Source: Candidatus Hydrogenedentota bacterium
Lineage (GTDB): Bacteria; Hydrogenedentota; Hydrogenedentia; Hydrogenedentales; SLHB01
NCBI GenBank assembly: GCA_963668025.2
Contig: CAXXTH010000023.1
Location: 256,001-320,000, forward strand
DNA: 64,000 nucleotides
Direction of reading: 5' to 3'
The position numbers and the translations under genes are program-made. Shown piece by piece: positions 11,134-19,781 of this stretch; position 1 is the first letter of the stretch, and each line of letters opens with the position of its first letter. The notes under the pieces are model-generated. The model was given only the letters and a program-made list of their open reading frames with translations. It searched no databases and was not told where the DNA came from.

Positions 11134-12225
11134 TCAGCCATATCCGCCCGCGCGGCAGAAGTCCGTCAGCGCCCACCGGGCGGCCGGGGTGAGATTCGAC
11201 GGGGCAAGCTTCGTGTCTGATGTGATGGTGATGCAAGGCACTTTGCTCTGGAACCGGAGGAATTCCACATGTCCATCCATATACAACACATTCGAGCCGC
11301 TTGGAATATGGTTGAACGAGGCGGCGGTGTTGGCTCCACCCGCGACCCATCCGCTCGTATCCGCCCAATGATCCCACATGACAGGCAGGGTGCTTTGGCC
11401 AACGCTGCCGGAAGCGGGATTATTGATGTCGGTGATGAAGAACCGTTCGACGCCTTCGCGAAGGCGGTGGTAGGTTGTGGGCAGGTAATTGCCGTCATCA
11501 TCGGCCCACTGGGTGCTATACTGTGCGCCTTTGCCTTTTCCTAGCGCATAGGAATTGGGATACCGGCCAAAGTCTTTGCGGATATAGGTCCAATCCGCAG
11601 GGCCGTTGCAGGCCGTGATGTCGGCGGTAGCCACATATCCCTCGTTGGCGGCGGTACCTTGTACAAAATCAGGCGAATTGGCGTATGCCCAGCCAATACC
11701 GTAGTAAATATCCACGATTTGGCCCATGGTTTTGCATGCATACGGCATGTAGATGTAGGATACGGGCCATGATAAAATCGCATTGCGGATTGCTGTGCTT
11801 TGCCAAGAGCTTCCCGTTATTTCTTTTACTTGGGCTGTTATATCCGTTTCGATGCCCACGGTGCTTTTAAAGCCCTCTGCAGCGCTGCCATTCCACATAG
11901 GCGGTTTGGTGTCGCGCGAGTCCGATGGGCAAATCATGATGGCGGCGTCATTCCAATAATCCGGAAATAATGCTTCCGCATCTACGCCCATTGTCCAGGC
12001 GAATGCGCCCGGCCGAAAACCGGGGCCTTCGGGGAATAGGCTTTTGTTTTCCCCCGAATACATCTTGAAAATGATGCCCCATTGCTTCAAATTGCTTGCA
12101 CAAGAAGCGCGCCGGGCCGCTTCCCGCGCCCGGGCGAGAGCGGGCAGCAGGATGGCCGCCAGTATGGCGATAATGGCAATCACCACGAGCAGCTCGATTA
12201 GTGTGAAACCTCTCCTTCTTCTCAT
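11134..12225 (-). CDS. DUF1559 / prepilin-type N-terminal cleavage-methylation protein with H-X9-DG motif
   Basis: MRRRRG^[29 protein letters not shown]...SNLKQ; C-terminal [17 protein letters not shown]; AGGAGG RBS. Confidence 0.92.
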   Translation of the reverse strand: MRRRRGFTLIELLVVIAIIAILAAILLPALARAREAARRASCASNLKQWGIIFKMYSGENKSLFPEGPGFRPGAFAWTMGVDAEALFPDYWNDAAIMICPSDSRDTKPPMWNGSAAEGFKSTVGIETDITAQVKEITGSSWQSTAIRNAILSWPVSYIYMPYACKTMGQIVDIYYGIGWAYANSPDFVQGTAANEGYVATADITACNGPADWTYIRKDFGRYPNSYALGKGKGAQYSTQWADDDGNYLPTTYHRLREGVERFFITDINNPASGSVGQSTLPVMWDHWADTSGWVAGGANTAASFNHIPSGSNVLYMDGHVEFLRFQSKVPCITITSDTKLAPSNLTPAARWALTDFCRAGGYG

Positions 12226-12382
12226 TTTCAGCCTCCTTCTTGGGTTGTTTGGCGGCCCCTCTCTCTCCGTCATGACAATATGAGTCCAGATCTGGGAGCC
12301 ATTTTGGGAACATATCTTCAAATGGAATCTCGTAACCCTAGCGAATCATGAAGATCATGTTAAACTGTATTAGCCGTGTTTA

Positions 12383-12411
12383 AGTCTATCATTTCTGTTG
12401 CCGCTTGTCAA
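12383..12411 (-). promoter_or_regulatory. Sigma70-type promoter of the leftward DUF1559 gene
   Basis: TTGACA-17 nt-TAGACT with TGn extension on the minus strand. Confidence 0.6.
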
Positions 12412-12706
12412 TGCCTTTTAAGGCGGCTGTCTCGGTAAACGCAACAAGCAGGATGATCGCTCGATCTATATATTCTACGAATAGTTTACCTGAATTTATG
12501 CCAGGCCGTCAGAATGAAGATAGGCATGGGGAGGTTAATTTTCCGAAATACTGTCAGATTTCATAAGATTTTTACCTTATTATGGGTTTTTGCTGTATGT
12601 AGCAGCGGATTGGGGAATATATAAAGGGCATTCATTCCTTCCGCAAAACCTATAATTCCTCCACTCCAAGCTTCTGATGAGTTCTTTCATCTGGTATATA
12701 ATTCCC

Positions 12707-12735
12707 TTGACACAATCGATACTCTGGTATAGGAT
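12707..12735 (+). promoter_or_regulatory. Sigma70-type promoter of the rightward DUF1559 gene, with an operator-like ATCGATAC in the spacer
   Basis: TTGACA-caatcgatactctggta (17 nt)-TAGGAT. Confidence 0.65.
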
Positions 12736-12973
12736 ATAGAATGTGTTCAGTGCAAAATTCACGGAAAAGTAGAATGCGCCTGTAGTGGCGATGGCCTTAT
12801 ATCTGCATTTTTGAGTTTCTATATATAGACTGTTGGCCGTTTCACTATATCTAGGACGCCGTTCCCCCGCTGGAGGAGGAGGATAGACGGCAAATCACAT
12901 CCAATCATCTACAGCATGTGATTCATCGAGTCTCGCTTATAAGAGTTTCTTCACATGGGAGGAGGCAAATCGG

Positions 12974-14062
12974 ATGACTCAAAAAGGATTCACGCTCATT
13001 GAACTGTTGGTAGTGATTGCCATTATTGCGATACTTGCGGCAATTTTGCTACCGGCATTAGCCCGGGCGCGGGAAGCGGCCCGCCGCGCCTCTTGCGCCA
13101 GCAACCTCAAGCAATTCGGCGTTATATTCAAGATGTATTCAAACGAGAACAAGGGCAAATTCCCGCCGATGGCGGACGTGTCCCGGATCCCACCCACCTG
13201 GCAAATGGGTGGTTACATGCTGGGATTTGACGGTGGCGAGTTGTACCCTGATTATTGGAATGATCCGTCGATTGCGCGGTGTCCATCCGATGCGGCAGGC
13301 GATTATGTCGGCACGGACATGTTTAAAATGGAATCCGACTTTACGGAGATGATTAGCCGCGTATCCAAGTCTGCTACTGGCACTGCGGATGCGAAGAAGT
13401 ATTGTATCGAGTCTCTCCTTTCCGTGCCGATCTCTTATTGTTATCTTGGCTATCTGATGACAACAGAATCCCAAATCGCGGATTATGCCTGGTCGAAAGC
13501 CATGTTCTGGATTCCGTCATCAAATTCTAAAATCATGGGAAGCACGGTATGCACGTTTACAAGCATTGACATCTCCGCGGTAGATGCATCGGCATGCGGA
13601 ACGGGCGCCTACACGTGTTCCTGCAAATTGCCGGAAACGGTGAAGTCTCTCTACAAGGGGGCTGGGTTTAAAGACAACGATGGAACGACCGCCCTTCCTG
13701 ACAACTATATCTCTCTGAAGGAAGGCGTCGAACGTTTCCGCATCACGGATATCAATAATCCTGCGTCGGGAGCCACCGGGCAAAGCACATTGCCCGTCAT
13801 GTGGGACGCATATGTGAACAGCGCCACCCATGCGGCCACTGTTCTTGGGCGGGGAGATACTGGCATTCCCCGGTTTAACCACGTACCGAGCGGCTCGAAT
13901 GTCCTGTATATGGATGGCCATGTGGCATTCGCCCGGTTGAACACGGCCGTGCCCATCCGTACCGAATTTCTGGTCACCTCGTTGGCGGGTACGCTTATTG
14001 CCGAAATGAATAAACAGAATTATTGGCAATGGACGCTCTCGTATATGGGCGGCATGGGGTAA
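12974..14062 (+). CDS. DUF1559 / prepilin-type N-terminal cleavage-methylation protein with H-X9-DG motif
   Basis: MTQKG^FTLIELLVV...; [16 protein letters not shown]; [17 protein letters not shown]; GGAGG RBS. Confidence 0.92.
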   Translation: MTQKGFTLIELLVVIAIIAILAAILLPALARAREAARRASCASNLKQFGVIFKMYSNENKGKFPPMADVSRIPPTWQMGGYMLGFDGGELYPDYWNDPSIARCPSDAAGDYVGTDMFKMESDFTEMISRVSKSATGTADAKKYCIESLLSVPISYCYLGYLMTTESQIADYAWSKAMFWIPSSNSKIMGSTVCTFTSIDISAVDASACGTGAYTCSCKLPETVKSLYKGAGFKDNDGTTALPDNYISLKEGVERFRITDINNPASGATGQSTLPVMWDAYVNSATHAATVLGRGDTGIPRFNHVPSGSNVLYMDGHVAFARLNTAVPIRTEFLVTSLAGTLIAEMNKQNYWQWTLSYMGGMG

Positions 14063-14192
14063 TGCCGTGGCATGTAATACCTGCGCGGTCCAGCCCTATA
14101 TGGGTCATGCGAGGAGCGTCGTATGAATGCGGGCAAGAGAATCCCTAGAAGGCTTAGCGCGGCATGGCCGCAACCAAAGATCCGGATTCAGG

Positions 14193-14370
14193 ACCACTAA
14201 ACATACTCAATACACTAAAATTTTGAGGGGTAGGGTGGGGCTTGCCCCACCGTTCAAAGGATTCATCGACCAAAATACTATGAAAAGTCGTAGGTTCTAA
14301 CTAGTTAAAATATATTGATTTACACGGGAAATCCTCGCAAGAAAACAACGTTTTGCCAGATAGTAGTACG
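14193..14370 (+). repeat. Composite intergenic repeat (CACTAAA-type array + GTAG REP)
   Basis: The upstream ACCACTAAACATACTCAATACACTAAAA resembles 24727-24754; REP at 14230-14251; the downstream part resembles 6280-6395. Confidence 0.75.
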
Positions 14371-14488
14371 AATAGCGGAATGACCGCGATGCGTAGCCAG
14401 GGATGCCCGCGCTATTACCGGGCATACCCGGCGGGACTAACCTGGCGGTTCGCAAGGTGGTGTAGACCATGAACGATCGGAGTGGGAT

Positions 14489-16429
14489 ATGATCGCGGCA
14501 TTCATGTGCATATTGGCGGGATTTGGTGCGGAAGAGGAATCGTTCGTCCCTATCGAAGGCATGACTCTCGTGGGGCCAGTCATGCCTGGCGAGGCCGTGA
14601 CGCTTGCCATTACGCATTTTACTGCCGAAGTGGCCCGCATGACGGGACAGGCCCTTCCTGTGATGTTTGGAGCCGCGCCTGCCGATGGGCGCGTACTCAT
14701 CGTTGGCAATCGGAGCGATTCCGCTGCCGCCCTGATACGGACCGAAGGCGTTCAACGTGATGACGACATCGCCAAGCAGTCATACCAAATAAGCCTGCTT
14801 CAGCGAGAGCCGGGCCGCATTCTCGCGGCAGGACTTGGAGACACCGGTACGGCGCGCGGCTACCTCGGGCTTAGTTATGCGCTGGGCGAACTGCTGCGCC
14901 GGCTCGACCTCCGCGATGGCCGCTGGGGCTTCACATTGCCGGCGGAGCCCATCGTCTCTTCACCCAAAATGCCGAACCGCTCCCTGTACATCATGAACAG
15001 CGCGAGTTGGTCGGCGGCGGGACTGTCGTTGGATTATGAAGATAAAGCGGCAATCGAGGCCTATGTCAATGCGATTATAGACGCGCGTTATTCTCGAATT
15101 AGCCTTTGGCAGTGGTATCATATCTACCTCTACCCCGGTAATTTTGACGAGCGCCGCGCCGACAACCAGCGGATTCATCGAGGAATGCGGCATCTTTTCG
15201 AGTACGCCCGGCGTCGCGGGCTCGAAGCCTACCACATGCTCACGCCGATTCACGCCAATCCCGATCTCCTCCCCAACGACCCAAAGTTCGCCGCTACGGG
15301 CTACTACGGCCGGACGAGCATTTGCTGGTCGCAGCCCGAGGGGCGGGCGATGGCGCGGAATGTCGCGCAGCACGAAATGGAGTACTACGGGCCGGTCGAC
15401 GGATATATCGTCTGGTTCTATGATCCAGGTGGCTGTTTCTGCGCGGACTGCCGTAAAAACCAGGGCAAGAATTTGTTCGAGCAGTTGATGCTCGTGAGCG
15501 ATCTTGCGAAAACCATCAGCCCCGGAGCGCAGTTAGAAGCATGCCTGTGGCCGACTTGGTGTTTCCACGAGCCTCAATGGGGTATTAACTTTCCACGGGA
15601 GGATGTGAAGGCCTTTGTACACGAGTTTCTGGAGAAGGCCCTCGCGCAGTTTGGCCCGCGCAATCTTACCATTATGGATAGCTGTGACAGCTCTTTTACG
15701 AATTATGAATTCGTGATCTATGATGGTACGGTGAAACCGGACGAGTTCAAGCGTAATGCATTCATGCATCGGGTTCTCGGCACGCCTGGCGAAGCGTCCT
15801 ATCCGTTCTCGCCGTTCAAATTCCGGTATATCGCGGATGTCATGGGCATGGCTCGAGGCCGTGGACTCGAGGAAGCCTTGTTCAGCGCCATCTACATCGG
15901 CAGCACGTTCCCGTCGGTTTTTGCCTGCGCGGATACGCTGTGGGAAGACGATGCTGCCTCGGAGGCGACACTGCGGCGTTGCGCGGCAAGCATGGCCAAA
16001 GGCGAGGCGCTGGAGCCATTCGTGGCGGCGCTAACGGCGCTGGAGGATCTCGACGAAGCCAAAACCTACGCCGCCAAAGATGCCGCCTTGGTTCGTGCGG
16101 AGACTGCTTGGAAGGCGGTCGAGGCAAGTTCGCATTTCTACGCGCGTAAGGATTGGATGAGCGGCTACCTCGAAGCGCATCGCCGGTATCTTGAGATGGC
16201 TCGGGCGAAAGACGAGGAGGCTTACGCTCGTGAATTCGAGTTGTTTCGTAAGAATGTGGGAGCGTATCCCATGTATGCCGATTATGTCCGTACAACGTTT
16301 ACAGCGGAATTATGCGGCAAGATGCATGTGCCCGGTTATTGGCGTGGAGCAGTGGGAGACACGAGCACGATCGGCTCAGACGGCGCGGAGCTGCAGAAAT
16401 GGATTGGCGTGCCTGACGCGAAGCTATAA
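14489..16429 (+). CDS. Secreted uncharacterised glycoside-hydrolase-like protein (paralog 2 of 3)
   Basis: Full-length similarity to 946-2889: LGLSYALGELLRRLD, YARRRG, HEMEYYGPVDGYIVWFYDPGGCFCADC, LWPTWCF, MAKGEA. Confidence 0.75.
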   Translation: MIAAFMCILAGFGAEEESFVPIEGMTLVGPVMPGEAVTLAITHFTAEVARMTGQALPVMFGAAPADGRVLIVGNRSDSAAALIRTEGVQRDDDIAKQSYQISLLQREPGRILAAGLGDTGTARGYLGLSYALGELLRRLDLRDGRWGFTLPAEPIVSSPKMPNRSLYIMNSASWSAAGLSLDYEDKAAIEAYVNAIIDARYSRISLWQWYHIYLYPGNFDERRADNQRIHRGMRHLFEYARRRGLEAYHMLTPIHANPDLLPNDPKFAATGYYGRTSICWSQPEGRAMARNVAQHEMEYYGPVDGYIVWFYDPGGCFCADCRKNQGKNLFEQLMLVSDLAKTISPGAQLEACLWPTWCFHEPQWGINFPREDVKAFVHEFLEKALAQFGPRNLTIMDSCDSSFTNYEFVIYDGTVKPDEFKRNAFMHRVLGTPGEASYPFSPFKFRYIADVMGMARGRGLEEALFSAIYIGSTFPSVFACADTLWEDDAASEATLRRCAASMAKGEALEPFVAALTALEDLDEAKTYAAKDAALVRAETAWKAVEASSHFYARKDWMSGYLEAHRRYLEMARAKDEEAYAREFELFRKNVGAYPMYADYVRTTFTAELCGKMHVPGYWRGAVGDTSTIGSDGAELQKWIGVPDAKL

Positions 16430-16583
16430 CCAACGGTGAGAGAAACCGTCTCTAGCGCCGAGGCTCTAAATTCTGGCCGGGAAACGCATGCGGAATGCGA
16501 TGTTTTATTGGGGTATTGCGGTGTTGACTAGATGCAATGACTTGATGAGGCTCAAGTAACTGGCTGCTGGCGTGGCGCGCATG

Positions 16584-16628
16584 GTCTATCGATACACTAT
16601 TGACGAAGTCTAGGAATCATGATACACT
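16584..16628 (+). promoter_or_regulatory. Promoter plus operator (GTCTATCGATACACTA-TTGACG-17-TACACT)
   Basis: The 21 bp GTCTATCGATACACTATTGAC is identical at 16584 and 18166; both have an extended -10 TGnTACACT at 17 nt spacing. Confidence 0.75.
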
Positions 16629-16751
16629 TAGTGTTGCTATCGTTCCTTGTTGCCTGTGCAGTAGTTTAAAAATGCGTATTGTGCAGAAACAGAATAGTTG
16701 TTAAGAGAGAGTGGGGAAGGGTACGTAAAACTAACAAAAGGAGGGTTGATT

Positions 16752-17942
16752 ATGAAAGCGACCATATTATGCGTAGTTATGGCTTTCGTATTGTTGAGCT
16801 CCGCCATTGCGTTCGCTCAGCCGGGGCCGACAGGGGATGTAACCGTGCCCACCACGTATTGGCATGCCATTGCCGGATTCGCGAACACCACTCCCGTGGC
16901 GGATGGCGTGATAAGCGCGGGAGAATATAACTCGGTTCCACTCGAAGTCACCAAGGCGCTGATGCAAGCCTCTCCAACAGGAGTGCTCTGGACATACGAT
17001 GACACGACGTATACCGGCGATGCGGACTGGTCATTGAAAGTCTATTTTTCCTGGGACTGGGAGAATTTCTACATCGGGTATGACGTGACGGATGATATCG
17101 TTCGTTTTCCGAGTGATTGGGAAAACCAGTGGAATTCCTCGTACCATGACAGTATCGATATTCTGTACGATTTATTTGGCGCCGAATCAGCCGATGTGAT
17201 CGGGGCGGAGGGCCTTTGGAAGATCATCGGCATGTGGTGGCTCACTGGCGGTCGCAGCGACGGCACGACGAACACCTTCGGGAATCCCATCAATTATGGG
17301 CGCTGGAATTATGAAGGTTCGGCGTTATTTGGCACGGATGGAGATTACGGCCCCAGCGGCTGGACCTGTGAGACTGCGGAGAAAACGGGCGGCTACATCA
17401 TGGAGATGATCGTGCCGTGGTCCAAGTTCTCGTTTGCCAGCACCAATGGCACCAATTACGCCTATACGCCCGCATTGAACAACCGTATCGGTTTTTCGTT
17501 TTGGGCGTTTGATGGCGAAGGCGAGGCGGAGCGGAGTTTCGAGGCGGTTTGCCTCACGAACAGCCCCGTTCATGTCGGATTTGATTGCTGGAGCGATCCG
17601 CCGACTTATGCGGATTTAATACTGGGCGGCGTAACGATTCCGGGCGGCGAGACGGTAGTGCCGGATGTGTCCGCACTGAATCAAGCTGATGCAACGGCGG
17701 CCCTTGAAGCGGCGGGCTATGTCGTGCAAGTCGAGCAGGAACCTAGTGACACCGTGGCGGCGGGCGGCGTGATCCGCACGGAACCGGCGTCAGGCACGGC
17801 ATTGGCGTCTGGTGAGACCGTCACCCTGGTTATTTCGACTGGCGCAGCGGGTAGCGTGCCAGCGGCGGGCTTAATCGGGTTGGCGCTCATAGGCGGCGCA
17901 TGCCTAGCTGGCGCAACGGCCAAATTACGCAAAGGCAAATAG
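16752..17942 (+). CDS. Secreted CBM9/DOMON-like sugar-binding protein with PASTA domain and C-terminal sorting tail
   Basis: Signal peptide; ADGVISAGEY, SWDWENFYIGYDVTDD, GYIMEMIVPW (CBM9-like); VPDVSALNQADATAALEAAG (PASTA); VPAAG-TM-KLRKGK. Confidence 0.8.
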   Translation: MKATILCVVMAFVLLSSAIAFAQPGPTGDVTVPTTYWHAIAGFANTTPVADGVISAGEYNSVPLEVTKALMQASPTGVLWTYDDTTYTGDADWSLKVYFSWDWENFYIGYDVTDDIVRFPSDWENQWNSSYHDSIDILYDLFGAESADVIGAEGLWKIIGMWWLTGGRSDGTTNTFGNPINYGRWNYEGSALFGTDGDYGPSGWTCETAEKTGGYIMEMIVPWSKFSFASTNGTNYAYTPALNNRIGFSFWAFDGEGEAERSFEAVCLTNSPVHVGFDCWSDPPTYADLILGGVTIPGGETVVPDVSALNQADATAALEAAGYVVQVEQEPSDTVAAGGVIRTEPASGTALASGETVTLVISTGAAGSVPAAGLIGLALIGGACLAGATAKLRKGK

Positions 17943-17965
17943 CCAAAAGGCATTTTCGAGTAATG

Positions 17966-18003
17966 AGCGGCCTCGGGGTTTGGACCTCCGGGGCCGCTTT
18001 CTT
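17966..18003 (+). terminator. Intrinsic terminator
   Basis: AGCGGCCTCGGGG...CTCCGGGGCCGCT followed by TTCTT; a paralogous hairpin follows the next gene. Confidence 0.7.
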
Positions 18004-18165
18004 ATTATCCGGCAATTCGGGAAACCGGTTGCATGTTTCTTCTGGAAGTTTTTACGGATGGATGGAAATCCAGTTGATGCTTTGTGTCTAACTGTTCCCA
18101 TTATTTACGCATTTCGAGATGCTCTCACTTTTCGATGGAAAAGCCATTTTGTATGAGATTGTTTA

Positions 18166-18210
18166 GTCTATCGATACACTATTGACTTTCGTTTAATGTC
18201 GTGATACACT
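18166..18210 (+). promoter_or_regulatory. Promoter plus operator (duplicate of 16584)
   Basis: GTCTATCGATACACTA-TTGACT-17 nt-TACACT. Confidence 0.75.
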
Positions 18211-18336
18211 TTATTCTGTTTCGGGTATCGTTTATCCGATGAGGGGTTTGAATATGGTTAATCTGCTGTAACAGAAAGACTGTAGTGAGAGAGTAGAGAA
18301 ATGTAAAATGTAATGAACAATGAGGAGGAATCGACA

Positions 18337-19524
18337 ATGAGAACAGCATTACTCAGTGTAGCTATGGCCTTCTTACTGATGGGCTCCACCATCGCCTTTG
18401 CGCAAGCGGGGCCGACAGGGGATGTGACCGTGCCAACCACATACTGGCATGCAATCGCCGGATTCGCGAACACCACGCCCGTGGCGGACGGGGCGATTGG
18501 TGCTGGCGAATATAATGCAGTCCCGCTTGAAGTGACCAAAGCGCTGTTGCAGGGGGCTCCCGCCACCAATGTGTGGACGTTCGATGACACCACGTATTCC
18601 GGCGATGCAGACTGGTCGATGAAGATCTATTATACGTGGGATTGGACCAATATCTATATCGCATATGATGTCACCGATGACGTACTGCATTTTACGGATA
18701 ATTGGGACGCCCAATGGAATTCTGCTTACTATGATAAATTCCAATTTCTATATGATTTGTATGGAGCGCTTTCGTATGAGGATGGCGGCTACGGAATGTT
18801 TAAGATCGATGGCGTATGGTTCCTCGCGGGCGGGCGCAGTGATGGCGCCACCAGCACGGTCGGGCAAGTGATCAATTACGGCCGTGGCGACTGGGAAGGC
18901 TCGGCAGCGTTTGGTTCGGATGGCGCAGGCGGCCCGGGAAGCTGGACTTGCGTAGCGGCGGCCAAGACGGGCGGGTATATCATCGAGATGATCGTACCGT
19001 GGGCCAAATTCGCGTTTAGCAGCACCAATGGAACCAGCTATTCCTATACTCCTGCGCTGAATAACCGTATCGGGATTGCTTTCCAGGCCTATGATAGTGA
19101 CGGCACAGATGATTACAGTTTCGAGTTGGTTGGTCTCACTAATAGCACCGCCCATATAGGAAATGATGTCTGGGCAGACGCTCCAAATTTCGCGGATGTG
19201 GTGCTGGGCGGCGTGACCATTCCTGGCGGCCCAGTCGTAGTGCCCGATGTGTCGGCGATGAATCAAGCCGATGCGACGGCGGCCCTCGAAGCCGCTGGGT
19301 ATGTGGTGGCAGTGGAGCAGGAAGCCAGCGACACCGTAGCGGCGGGCGGCGTGATTCGCACGGAACCGGCATCGGGCACGGCATTGGCCGAAGGTGAAAC
19401 CGTCACTTTGGTGATCTCGACAGGTTCCGCGAGTGATGTGCCAGCGGCTGGCCTGATGGGCTTAGTGCTCTTGGGCGGCGTATGCGTGGCTGGCGCAACG
19501 GCCAAACTGCGCAAGCGGAAATAA
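18337..19524 (+). CDS. Secreted CBM9/DOMON-like + PASTA protein, tandem paralog of 16752-17942
   Basis: Near-identical stretches (GPTGDVTVPTTYWHAIAGFANTTPVADG; PASTA domain); GAGGAGG RBS; VPAAG-TM-KLRKRK tail. Confidence 0.8.
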   Translation: MRTALLSVAMAFLLMGSTIAFAQAGPTGDVTVPTTYWHAIAGFANTTPVADGAIGAGEYNAVPLEVTKALLQGAPATNVWTFDDTTYSGDADWSMKIYYTWDWTNIYIAYDVTDDVLHFTDNWDAQWNSAYYDKFQFLYDLYGALSYEDGGYGMFKIDGVWFLAGGRSDGATSTVGQVINYGRGDWEGSAAFGSDGAGGPGSWTCVAAAKTGGYIIEMIVPWAKFAFSSTNGTSYSYTPALNNRIGIAFQAYDSDGTDDYSFELVGLTNSTAHIGNDVWADAPNFADVVLGGVTIPGGPVVVPDVSAMNQADATAALEAAGYVVAVEQEASDTVAAGGVIRTEPASGTALAEGETVTLVISTGSASDVPAAGLMGLVLLGGVCVAGATAKLRKRK

Positions 19525-19556
19525 TACGCGCGTGGTATCTAATCCATGAGTAATAG

Positions 19557-19594
19557 GCGGCCTCGGGGGCGAGGGCCTCCGGGGCCGCTGTTTT
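19557..19594 (+). terminator. Intrinsic terminator
   Basis: GCGGCCTCGGGGGC...CCTCCGGGGCCGC followed by TGTTTT. Confidence 0.7.
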
Positions 19595-19619
19595 AAAGTG
19601 ATTCAAGATTTTACTAGCC

Positions 19620-19646
19620 GTAGCATGGGCGTCCCGCCCATGCTAC
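19620..19646. repeat. GTAG-type REP palindrome GTAGCATGGGCGTCCCGCCCATGCTAC
   Basis: Near-perfect palindrome; the same family occurs as an inverted doublet at 24854-24901. Confidence 0.7.
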
Positions 19647-19781
19647 GAGAGAGTAGAAGCCGTTTGCCGGGCTTCATCCGATCTTGAAACGCCCATGAAT
19701 GTCAGCATTTTATTTGTAGAGAGATGAAAGCCTTTGTCTTTTGCCCGCGCGCTGGGTCTGTATACAGCGAAGGAACTATCT

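Noticed and set aside
12740-12973. Long leader with hairpins before the DUF1559 gene as a possible riboswitch
   Set aside because: Only short stems (GCCGT/ACGGC, AATCACAT/ATGTGATT) and no known aptamer consensus; it cannot be supported without a covariance search.
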